This document shows, in pieces, positions 12,057-20,958 of a stretch of DNA of 34,521 nt. The stretch comes from Candidatus Hermodarchaeota archaeon. GTDB lineage: Archaea > Asgardarchaeota > Lokiarchaeia > Sigyniarchaeales > SOKP01. The stretch is from positions 1 through 34,521 of the forward strand of contig JBHLLG010000028.1 in NCBI GenBank assembly GCA_048885925.1, written 5' to 3'. Under the pieces are notes generated by a model that saw only the letters and a program-made list of their open reading frames with translations, ran no database searches and had not been told where the DNA came from. The position numbers and the translations under genes were made by a program. The number at the start of each line of letters is the position of its first letter. The stretch's first letter is position 1.

Positions 12057-12671
12057 TTAAGCACTTTCCATACTCTTTCCTGAAAGCTTCTTGTAATGGT
12101 TGAGAACTGCTTGACGCGCAGCATAGACAAAAGCTCTCTTTACATTGATTCCTTGGATTGCTATAGTCTCATATATTAATACATGATTTAATTTTGCGGT
12201 ATCGAGTAATTGGCGTATCTTGGATATTTCTACAATGTCTTCTAAATCTCTCTTATTAGCGAGAACCACAGTTGGCACTTCTGGAGGCGCAAATGCTTCA
12301 GGAGGTATTAATTTATCCCCATAAAATCGTAGTAATTCTTTAAGGGACCATACATTCTCGGACCACTGATCTATCAAACTATCAAAAGTAAATATTACAG
12401 CATCTGTACCTTTGAGAACAGTTTGACGTTGGAATTTATGACGTCTCTGACCAGCGACAGTATAAACTTGGAATACTACGTTTGAAACCCTCGCAACAAC
12501 ACGGTCGAAGAAGAGTGTACGACCAGTTGGATCTTGTATCTGCTGCATGTCCCCTGTTGCTAACCCTTCCTTTTTATAGACCCAATCTAGTGCTGTGGTC
12601 TTTCCACCTAAACTCGGACCATAGAAACAGATCTTAAAAACAAGAGTCCCATCTCCTCGACGACTTGGCAT
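12057..12671 (-). CDS. Small GTPase, MglA-like
   Basis: KICFYGPSLGGKTT (G1), GRTLFFD (G2), YTVAGQ (MglA-type G3), LKGTDAVIFTFDS, ANKRDL (G4), ETIA (G5). Confidence 0.9.
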   Translation of the reverse strand: MPSRRGDGTLVFKICFYGPSLGGKTTALDWVYKKEGLATGDMQQIQDPTGRTLFFDRVVARVSNVVFQVYTVAGQRRHKFQRQTVLKGTDAVIFTFDSLIDQWSENVWSLKELLRFYGDKLIPPEAFAPPEVPTVVLANKRDLEDIVEISKIRQLLDTAKLNHVLIYETIAIQGINVKRAFVYAARQAVLNHYKKLSGKSMESA

Positions 12672-12967
12672 TTATATCATTCTTTGCTTTTAAATTGTAA
12701 AAAATTAAACATTAAATCTTATAAAATCTATAATACTCTTTTAATATAAAAATTTGCAAAAGAAAAGTTTTGCTATTTTTAAGAATTGAAAGTATCATTC
12801 GTATATGTAATTACTACTAATATGTGAATATTATATATAAAAGAGTCTTTAAATACGATTTTACTTTTTTTGGTTTAATCCACTTTTCCATCTAATCTTA
12901 TTCGAAAATGATATAAATGAATTATGTATAATTAATTTGTTAGAAATTAATGTTAAAAATGTGGTGA

Positions 12968-13798
12968 GTGAGAATTCCAATATTCAAGTATGATGATATT
13001 GAAATTAATTATATTATAGAAGGCGTAGGGGAGCCTCTTGTTTTAATCCAAGGCGCAAATTCAAGATTAGAGGCCTGGACTTATCAAATTGAATTTTTCA
13101 AGAATAAAATGACTATTATTGCTTTTGATAACCGAGGCGCTGGAAAAAGTTCTCGACCTGATTATCCGTATACAATGGACATGTTTGTTGAGGATACTAA
13201 AAGCCTTCTTGATCACTTAAACATTCTAGACACGATTCATCTCTGTGGAATAAGTCTGGGTGGAGAAATAGCACAAGCATTTGTTTTAAAGTATCCTGAA
13301 AGAGTGAAGACCTTAATTCTATTAACAACAGAACCAAATATAGATCCAATAAAATTTGATCAAACCATTAAAGTATATCATGAGATGGCCAAAATGAATT
13401 TTGACCAAAAATACCAATTAATTTTCCCGATATTGTATTCTAACGCCTTTAAAAGAAAAGTAAGAAGAGACAAAAAATTAGAAGAACAACTTAAAAAAGA
13501 AATGAATTTCATGTTTACAACTGAATATGCTCCTCAAGTAAAGGATTTAATTAACCAATTTAAAGCATTAGCTGAGTTCGACACGCGTAATTCCTTACAT
13601 AAAATTACTCAACCTACGTTAATCATAGTAGGGTCTAAAGATGTGAGGAACCCCCCAGAGAGATCCAAATTAATACATGAAAAAATTCCGAACTCAAAAT
13701 TAGAAATAATTGAAAATTTGAAGCATGGTTTAACAGTAGAGGCGCCAGAGATTGTAAATACTCTTATTTGGGATTTCATTAAAGAACATTTTAAATAA
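12968..13798 (+). CDS. Alpha/beta hydrolase (enol-lactonase/aminoacrylate hydrolase-like)
   Basis: FDNRGAGKS, nucleophile elbow GISLGG, PTLIIVGSKD, catalytic His in LKHG. The true start may be ATT at 12974. Confidence 0.9.
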   Translation: MRIPIFKYDDIEINYIIEGVGEPLVLIQGANSRLEAWTYQIEFFKNKMTIIAFDNRGAGKSSRPDYPYTMDMFVEDTKSLLDHLNILDTIHLCGISLGGEIAQAFVLKYPERVKTLILLTTEPNIDPIKFDQTIKVYHEMAKMNFDQKYQLIFPILYSNAFKRKVRRDKKLEEQLKKEMNFMFTTEYAPQVKDLINQFKALAEFDTRNSLHKITQPTLIIVGSKDVRNPPERSKLIHEKIPNSKLEIIENLKHGLTVEAPEIVNTLIWDFIKEHFK

Positions 13799-13951
13799 TG
13801 ATTAAACTATATACTAGTCACGTTTTTTATAAAGAAAACTGTTAAAATAATCATGTAATTTTCTTTTACAGAATATTAAAAAGTAAGTTTTATCATGTTA
13901 TAATCAGTAAATTAAATTAAAAACTATAAATAGATAGTTCTGGTTTTTAAA

Positions 13952-16639
13952 TTGAAATCATTGCTCGAATCATTTAATCTTTCCACTAATGCGATTAAAA
14001 TTTATCTTGAAGTGTTTGGCAAATATCCACACACATTTGGAGAAATTAGAAGGATTTTACCTAAACTTCCAGAAGCAGAATTGGAGGAAATTCTTAATGA
14101 GTTAATCGGAAAAAAGTTGGTTTTAGAAATCTCTCCAAAATATTCAGACTTATTACCTCATTTTATTTTCATTCCTCCATTCGCAGCTATAGTGAATGAT
14201 ATTACAGATTTAGATAAAGTTTCTGAGGATGAAAACAGAGAGGAAGTAAAAATGAATCCTCAGCTTGTTAAATTTCAAGACAATCTATATAAGGATCTTG
14301 AAGATATTAGTCAAGATTTGATTGAAACACTTATTACTTTAGATGGTTCAAATCAAACAACCGAAATGTTAATAGAAGTTGAAAAAAATGTAAAAAAGTT
14401 TACCCAATTAATATTAAATGATATAATAGAGATGATCTCTCCACTTAAATTTCAAACGGTGATTGATGCGCGTGATGTCAATAAATTGGTTAACTCTATT
14501 AGCCAAAAAGTATCAGAATCAGAAGAAATTGTTAGTAATATGTTTTCTCAATTTCGGGATATTGTAAAAGAAATGGATTCACCAACCAAGTCCTCACAAG
14601 TGGAAGGTTTTAAAGCATTTATAAGAAAGTTAGGTGAATCTATTGACAAAAGAACAAATGAGTTATCTTTAGGAAAAGGCTCTATTCCCACAGAAAAAAT
14701 TCAGCTAATACAAACATCATTAAATGAAATGCTTACAAATTTTATGACAATAAATAAGATTTCAATGGAAAAATTTTGGCATATCAACAACTATGAGAAG
14801 ATAAAAGAATTGATTTCGATTTTATTTGACAAATGTACTGAAGAATTGACTATTGTTGTTCCAAATATTGAAGATTTCTTACCTCTAGAGAAGTTTAATT
14901 TAGATTATGAAGAGGATCTCAATCTAACGCAAACTGTAATACCTAGCAAAACAGAAAAAGCCACTTTAAAAAAACCCAAAAGCTCCAGACCTTTAATTTC
15001 TAAAAAACAAAAAAAAGAAATTACAGAAAAGTTTGAGAATACAGCAAAGAAAGTGGCAGAACTTAAAGGATATGAACTAAGTCATGATATTGCTGAACTT
15101 TTATCCTTAATTTCTGATATTAATCCAGAATCAGTAGTCATTGAAAGTGTACAAAGATGGCTGAATAGACTTTTAGTAATTAGAAAACTTCTAGATTCAA
15201 ATACTCAATATTTACTTTTGGATTCGATTGAAAATTGGAAAAATGATTATTTAAATGTCAAGAAGAAGGAAGAACAAGCAGAAGATAAACTTATATCTGA
15301 TGATATATCTTCGATAGAAAAAACTTCAAAAGATACATCAGAAGCTATAGGTTTAAGTGTAAAAATTATTTCATCAGAACCTCATAATAATAAACATGCA
15401 ATTGCTTTTATGAAAAAAAACAATTTTGAGTATATGCAACTAAAAAAAAATAAAATTATTGCTATTTTAGGTGATGATTATTATTTAGTTTTTGGTATAT
15501 TTCAAAGAATTAGAAATGAACCTTTTTATGAGATAGGTGCTTTCTTTACTACATATAAACCGTTAATTGAATTAATTCTGCCGTGGATTATGAAAATTAG
15601 GGAGGAGGGAAAGCCCCGAAGAGATATTGAAATTAATAGGGGATTTAATGAAATTATCGAAAATGTTAATGATTATACTGGAAGGAAAATTGCTAAAAGG
15701 TTAAAAAGATTATTAGATGTTGTTTTTGAACAAGATGGAATATCTCTTAATATTTTAGAACTTAAATTATTAATTAGTAAATTAGAGAAGGTTTATCTTC
15801 CATTAGATAATCAAATGAAGGATTATCTCATTAAGGAACTTAATAAGTTAAACAATGAATTTTCTGGCTTAGAGTTAATATTTCCACCCGAATTTAGACC
15901 ACATATTTCACAAGAGGATGTTATAGACGAAATAAAAAAAGTAGTACCATTAGATCAAATTGAACTTGAACCTATTGATCCTGAAAAAATTAATAGTCTA
16001 TTTGAAATTCTTATTGAAAAGATTGATGAGCTTAAGGGAGTGGAAATAAAAGAACAATTAGATAAAATTACAGAAGTAATGTTAAAACTTCAAGGATATT
16101 CAAAAATTCTTGATTGGAAAAATAGTTTAGGCGATGTTGATGATACATTAAAAGAACCATTTAAAGAAGAAATTAAGAAAGATCTTTTATTTTGGAAATT
16201 GGGATTAATTAAAAGGTTAACCTCGCCTAAAGAAGAATCTACTGAAACTCATGAAGATTTACCACAAAAAGATTTAATATTGGATACTCCTTCGTCAATT
16301 TTAGAAGAACAATATATTAGTCCTGGTTTAACCCAAGCTCAATTTCCAGAAGAAGAAATTTCCCTTATTGAAGATAATGCTAAAATTGATCCTGAAACAG
16401 AAATTAAAGAATTATTTAATAAGGTTCAAATAGAACTTAATGAATTAAGTGGAACGGAAATAAGCAAAATATTACAAAATATTGTTAATATAATTTTAGA
16501 AACTGAGGGTTACTCTATGGCCCTCAAGGGAATAAAAAACTGGGTAAGCAAGCTTCGTATGATTAGAGAACCACTTGAGAATGAAATCAAGGAGGATTTT
16601 GAATTGGATTTTTTAAAGTGGAAAGAAAAATACGAGTAA
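13952..16639 (+). CDS. Large TrmB-like protein: N-terminal winged helix, coiled coil, PLD-like sensor remnants and four ~80-aa helical repeats
   Basis: LLESFNLSTNAIKIYLEV...TFGEI...ILNELIGKKLV (TrmB-type wHTH); FWHINNYEKIKELISILFDKCTEELTIVVP; repeats visible by eye. Confidence 0.6.
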   Translation: MKSLLESFNLSTNAIKIYLEVFGKYPHTFGEIRRILPKLPEAELEEILNELIGKKLVLEISPKYSDLLPHFIFIPPFAAIVNDITDLDKVSEDENREEVKMNPQLVKFQDNLYKDLEDISQDLIETLITLDGSNQTTEMLIEVEKNVKKFTQLILNDIIEMISPLKFQTVIDARDVNKLVNSISQKVSESEEIVSNMFSQFRDIVKEMDSPTKSSQVEGFKAFIRKLGESIDKRTNELSLGKGSIPTEKIQLIQTSLNEMLTNFMTINKISMEKFWHINNYEKIKELISILFDKCTEELTIVVPNIEDFLPLEKFNLDYEEDLNLTQTVIPSKTEKATLKKPKSSRPLISKKQKKEITEKFENTAKKVAELKGYELSHDIAELLSLISDINPESVVIESVQRWLNRLLVIRKLLDSNTQYLLLDSIENWKNDYLNVKKKEEQAEDKLISDDISSIEKTSKDTSEAIGLSVKIISSEPHNNKHAIAFMKKNNFEYMQLKKNKIIAILGDDYYLVFGIFQRIRNEPFYEIGAFFTTYKPLIELILPWIMKIREEGKPRRDIEINRGFNEIIENVNDYTGRKIAKRLKRLLDVVFEQDGISLNILELKLLISKLEKVYLPLDNQMKDYLIKELNKLNNEFSGLELIFPPEFRPHISQEDVIDEIKKVVPLDQIELEPIDPEKINSLFEILIEKIDELKGVEIKEQLDKITEVMLKLQGYSKILDWKNSLGDVDDTLKEPFKEEIKKDLLFWKLGLIKRLTSPKEESTETHEDLPQKDLILDTPSSILEEQYISPGLTQAQFPEEEISLIEDNAKIDPETEIKELFNKVQIELNELSGTEISKILQNIVNIILETEGYSMALKGIKNWVSKLRMIREPLENEIKEDFELDFLKWKEKYE

Positions 16640-16649
16640 GGCTTTTTGT

Positions 16650-17798
16650 TTAATAAAATGGATTATGAAAATTACTATTTTCTTTTTGAAAAATTGTCTT
16701 TAATTCGATTTCTTTATCAATTAGACCTTCAATATTACATAAATATTCATATTCATCTTTTAAACATAATGTTATAGCTACTCCTTTTTTATTCATACGT
16801 GATGTACGTCCTATTCTATGTACATAATTATCAGGAAACTTTGGTACATCGTAATTTATAACATGAGAAATATTTTCTATATCAAGACCTCTAGCTGCTA
16901 CATCAGTGGCTATAAGTAGATTTATTCCTTTAGTTCTAAATTCATTTAATATTTTCTCTCTCTGAAACTGAGTTAATCTCCCTGAAATGACGCCGACTCT
17001 AAATTTAAGATCTTTTTGATGTTTTAATCTCCCCTCTAGCCACGATGCTGTTTTCTTGGTATTTACAAAAACTAGTACATGTTTTGGATTTTCAATTCTT
17101 AAAACTTTTAAAAATGTATAATATTTATCTTCAAATCGGTCAATCAAATAATAATATTGCCGTGTGCTTCCTACTGTTAAACTATCTCTACTTAAATTTA
17201 AAAATTCAAATTTATTTTTAGTATATTTTTTAACGAGTTTCCTCATCTCATGATCCAAAGTTGCTGAAAATAACATAAATTGGTATTTTGTATGTATTTT
17301 ACTTAGAATATATTTGACATCGGGAGCAAAACCCATATCCCACATGCGATCTCCTTCATCACAAATTACAAATCTAATATTACTGAAGTGTAGCTCTCTC
17401 CTTTTATAGAGATCAATAATTCTTCCTGGAGTTCCAACAATGATATTAACACCATTTTTTAATTTGTTAATTTGATTATTAATAGAAACACCACCATATA
17501 TAGTCATCGACTTAACTTTCCCATTTCCTAGATCTTTGATTACTTTATTTGTTTGTTTCGCTAACTCTCGTGTTGGAGCTAAAATTAAAGCTTCATTATT
17601 TACATATTTTAATTGTTCAATAATAGGAAGTACGAAAGCTAAAGTTTTTCCGGAACCTGTTTTAGCTTGAGCCATTAAATGATGACCCTTTAAAATTAAA
17701 GGTATCGCTTTTTTTTGGACAAGAGTAGGATAAATTATATTCTGTTTTTTTAAAGCGAGAGAATTCTCTTCACTAATTCCTAAATTTTCAAAATTCAA
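16650..17798 (-). CDS. DEAD-box RNA helicase (motif II = DEGD)
   Basis: Q motif PTLVQ, AKTGSGKT, PTRELA, GG, TPGR, DEGD, SAT, TDVAARGLD, YVHRIGRTSR. Confidence 0.95.
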   Translation of the reverse strand: MNFENLGISEENSLALKKQNIIYPTLVQKKAIPLILKGHHLMAQAKTGSGKTLAFVLPIIEQLKYVNNEALILAPTRELAKQTNKVIKDLGNGKVKSMTIYGGVSINNQINKLKNGVNIIVGTPGRIIDLYKRRELHFSNIRFVICDEGDRMWDMGFAPDVKYILSKIHTKYQFMLFSATLDHEMRKLVKKYTKNKFEFLNLSRDSLTVGSTRQYYYLIDRFEDKYYTFLKVLRIENPKHVLVFVNTKKTASWLEGRLKHQKDLKFRVGVISGRLTQFQREKILNEFRTKGINLLIATDVAARGLDIENISHVINYDVPKFPDNYVHRIGRTSRMNKKGVAITLCLKDEYEYLCNIEGLIDKEIELKTIFQKENSNFHNPFY

Positions 17799-18027
17799 TT
17801 TTAATATTCACTAATAACTTTCTTTTTTACGCTCTTCTTCAATTAAGAAAATATTTTAATAAAGATAAAGTTTTTCATTTGAAAAAATCAGAGAGATTGA
17901 GATTTTTATTAGAGAACTATTTGATAATAATTTAGCAATTTTTTTTCAAATAAATTTATAAGGCGCATAATATATCTTTTGATTTTTAATCTTTCTTTAA
18001 GAACGAATCGTTAATTATTCATATAAC

Positions 18028-20217
18028 TCAATCGAAAATTACTTGTTTGGCCAATTTCTCTAATTTCAACAACTTTTTAGATATAATTATTCGCACTTTT
18101 TTACTATTTATATTTGGGTTGTTAAAGAATAAATCTTGTACAATTGTTTGATAGTTTTTTCCTTTTTTAGCTAGTTCTTTATGCAATTCATTATTATTAT
18201 CATAGGGTGGAATTGGGAACATAAAAGGTCTCTTATGAATATGTCTAGAACTTTTTACTAATTTTATATTTTTTGATAAAATTGGAGCATTTAAAATTGC
18301 CGATAGATAATTTGCTTCACTTTCCTCATTAGTAGAAAAATAATAATTTTCTGATCCTATGATAATCTTTTTTCTTTCATTATTGATAACTGCAGCTTTT
18401 AAATTAGATCCACTAGCATTATAGACTACAATAAACAATTTGTTATTTATTTGTTTTTTAAGCTTATTCCAATAATTTAAGTTATCAAAAAGGGTATCAA
18501 TTTTACTTGTTCTTTTCTTATTTTTTATATAAAAATCATTCATTTCTTCATAGAACTTTAGCGCTTTAGGATATCTTTCTAAAAAATCCATATCGAAATC
18601 AAGTTGATCATTAATAGGTAGAAATACATTTCTTTTACGTTTAATTAAGAAGGGAATAAGATCAATGTTTAAGAATGTTTTAAATTGAAATTTCTGTTCA
18701 ATTTCTTTATCTTTAAAATTAAATTGCCATTGTTTTTTTGCTCGAGTTAAAATGTCTTGATCTGAGGATACTACTAAATAATCATTTTTTTTTTGCTTTT
18801 TATTAAAAAAGACTAAGGTTCTTGGAACTAACGTTGCTCCTTGGAAAAATTTCTTTTTATACGGACTTGTTCCTAATTTATTTATGATTTCTAAGTCTTC
18901 TTTTGGCACCAAACGTTTGGCACCATCATTGCCGAGTCTTATACTCGAATAGAAAGTCTCTTCTTTTAATTCTAAACTGTCAGTAAATAATTTAGTTTTT
19001 ATAGGGTATTTTTTTTGAATCTCTCTATTGTTATCTTTTCCTATGAATTCAGCTTTTAAACAAATATGGTTTATATTAAAGAAATAATTATTAGGGAAAT
19101 CCCAAATTTCTATATTTTTGCTAAATAAAGAAAAAGTTCTAAATTTGTAACAATGATCTCCTGTTATAACACTTTTTGGCATAACAAAAAATATTGTTCC
19201 TTTCTTTTTTAAAAATTGTGAAGGAATTGAATAGAAGAAAACCATAGCCAATTCAATATGGGTGATATATTGACTGGGAGGTTTTATTTCTAAAATTTCT
19301 GATAATTCACGAATCTTTTTTTGATAATCCTTTTGATGCAGGTCTTTATATGTCAACCATGGAGGATTTCCAATTACTATATCAAAAGAATGATACATTT
19401 TATCAATATCAATATTAGATGTACCTTCATAAACCTTAGGGAATAAAGAATCAATTAAGTAATTATTAAAATTAGATAATTTGTAATTTTCAATATTAAA
19501 GTGTTCAATTAATAGCAAAAAAATGTTAATTCTTGCTGTTATAATAGCTAATGGATTAATATCAAACCCAAATACGTTTTCAATTGCTTTAGATTTTATT
19601 GTATCTGATTCTGAAGAATTCAAAATATTAATTATTATATTGACTAAGAAATTCCCAGTACCACATGAAGGATCTAATATTTTTAATCCTAATTTGTAAA
19701 CTTCATCTATCATTTTTTCAGCTAAAATTGAAGGAGTAAAAAATTCTCCAATTTTGTGCCGGACATCCGAAATAAAAATCTCTTGATAAATCTTACTAAA
19801 TAAATCTTGTTTTGCAAATTTTACATTATGAATTCTGTTGTAAATTTTTCTAAATAATTGTTTATTAAATCTTGTCCAAAAAAAATAGTCAAATTCGAAA
19901 ATATTTTGTAAACTTTTTTTAGTGTATTCTTTATAAGCTTCTTCACAATTGAGATTATCAGGAGAAAATAGTTTGGAAATTATAATAACTTTTAAAATTT
20001 GTGTAAAATAAGTTTGTTTCAAAAAAAGTTCTGATCTAATTTCATATCCATAGATCTTAGTAAAGATTTCTCGCCATTCTAGAAAATATTTTCCATATAG
20101 GCTTTCCTGATTAGACTGGTCTTGTAGGAATGTTATTGATGATGAATAGATCTCAGATCCTAAACCAAATATTTCAGAAATCATTTGAGAGTCAATACAA
20201 TCCCTATAAATTGCCAT
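18028..20217 (-). CDS. N6-adenine DNA methyltransferase with C-terminal target-recognition region (type IIG/Eco57I-like architecture)
   Basis: GEFFTP, LDPSCGTGNF, GFDINP, GNPPW; C-terminal YLSAILNA...PIPPYD. Confidence 0.85.
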   Translation of the reverse strand: MAIYRDCIDSQMISEIFGLGSEIYSSSITFLQDQSNQESLYGKYFLEWREIFTKIYGYEIRSELFLKQTYFTQILKVIIISKLFSPDNLNCEEAYKEYTKKSLQNIFEFDYFFWTRFNKQLFRKIYNRIHNVKFAKQDLFSKIYQEIFISDVRHKIGEFFTPSILAEKMIDEVYKLGLKILDPSCGTGNFLVNIIINILNSSESDTIKSKAIENVFGFDINPLAIITARINIFLLLIEHFNIENYKLSNFNNYLIDSLFPKVYEGTSNIDIDKMYHSFDIVIGNPPWLTYKDLHQKDYQKKIRELSEILEIKPPSQYITHIELAMVFFYSIPSQFLKKKGTIFFVMPKSVITGDHCYKFRTFSLFSKNIEIWDFPNNYFFNINHICLKAEFIGKDNNREIQKKYPIKTKLFTDSLELKEETFYSSIRLGNDGAKRLVPKEDLEIINKLGTSPYKKKFFQGATLVPRTLVFFNKKQKKNDYLVVSSDQDILTRAKKQWQFNFKDKEIEQKFQFKTFLNIDLIPFLIKRKRNVFLPINDQLDFDMDFLERYPKALKFYEEMNDFYIKNKKRTSKIDTLFDNLNYWNKLKKQINNKLFIVVYNASGSNLKAAVINNERKKIIIGSENYYFSTNEESEANYLSAILNAPILSKNIKLVKSSRHIHKRPFMFPIPPYDNNNELHKELAKKGKNYQTIVQDLFFNNPNINSKKVRIIISKKLLKLEKLAKQVIFD

Positions 20218-20320
20218 CTTTTCCCTTGTAAAGTTATTTATTTAATAAATTTTAAATAATCGGGTTTAGAAAAACAAAAATTCCTCTTTTTATAAAAATT
20301 GAAAATAAAAAAAGTATTAC

Positions 20321-20860
20321 TTATTTTCTCATGAATGTAGGAAGCATTAAAGAAAAAATCTCAGCTATCGTTCTTAATTTTGATTTTTCTCGTATTGAGG
20401 TCACAATTAAAATTGATTTTGATAACTCTTCTCTATCTAAAGCCCCACCCGCATAAATAGCTTGGTCTGTGTTAAATAATAATAAAAATTTCACATTAGG
20501 ATTATTTATCACACTAATTCCTTGAGTAAGTTTCAAATCATCATAAATTGGAATGTTTTTTTTAGGGAGATCACTCCTATCGTTGATAATTAATAGAACT
20601 GGAATTCCTCTTTCAACAACTCTTTTGAGTTCCTTAGCATAAAATTCATCAACTATAGGACTTACAACATTTAGTTGGTCTTTAGTTGAATTTATTAAAT
20701 TTATTAAAAGATCATTAAGCGTATTTTTTCTTTCTGGATCTCCGGAGGAAACAATATCAACCATTCCCACTAATGACAAAATTTTATTTTCTAAATTGGT
20801 GATTTGTTCTTTAAGTCTTTTGTTTTCCACACGTAATTCTATAATTCTATCCGTTGAAAT
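20321..20860 (-). CDS. Coiled-coil plus degenerate phospholipase-D-like domain protein
   Basis: LINSTKDQLNVVSP...VERGIPVLLI...NPNVKFLLLFNTDQAIYAGGAL follows the PLD-fold pattern without HxK. The frame is open from ATT at 20860; the ORF track starts at GTG 20830. Confidence 0.55.
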   Translation of the reverse strand: MSTDRIIELRVENKRLKEQITNLENKILSLVGMVDIVSSGDPERKNTLNDLLINLINSTKDQLNVVSPIVDEFYAKELKRVVERGIPVLLIINDRSDLPKKNIPIYDDLKLTQGISVINNPNVKFLLLFNTDQAIYAGGALDREELSKSILIVTSIREKSKLRTIAEIFSLMLPTFMRK

Positions 20861-20958
20861 GAGACATCATCTTTTTTCAGTATTTATAATGTATACTTTA
20901 AATAATATTTATATTAATCTTTTTTATTTATTGTTATTTTCTTTTTGAAAATCTAAAT

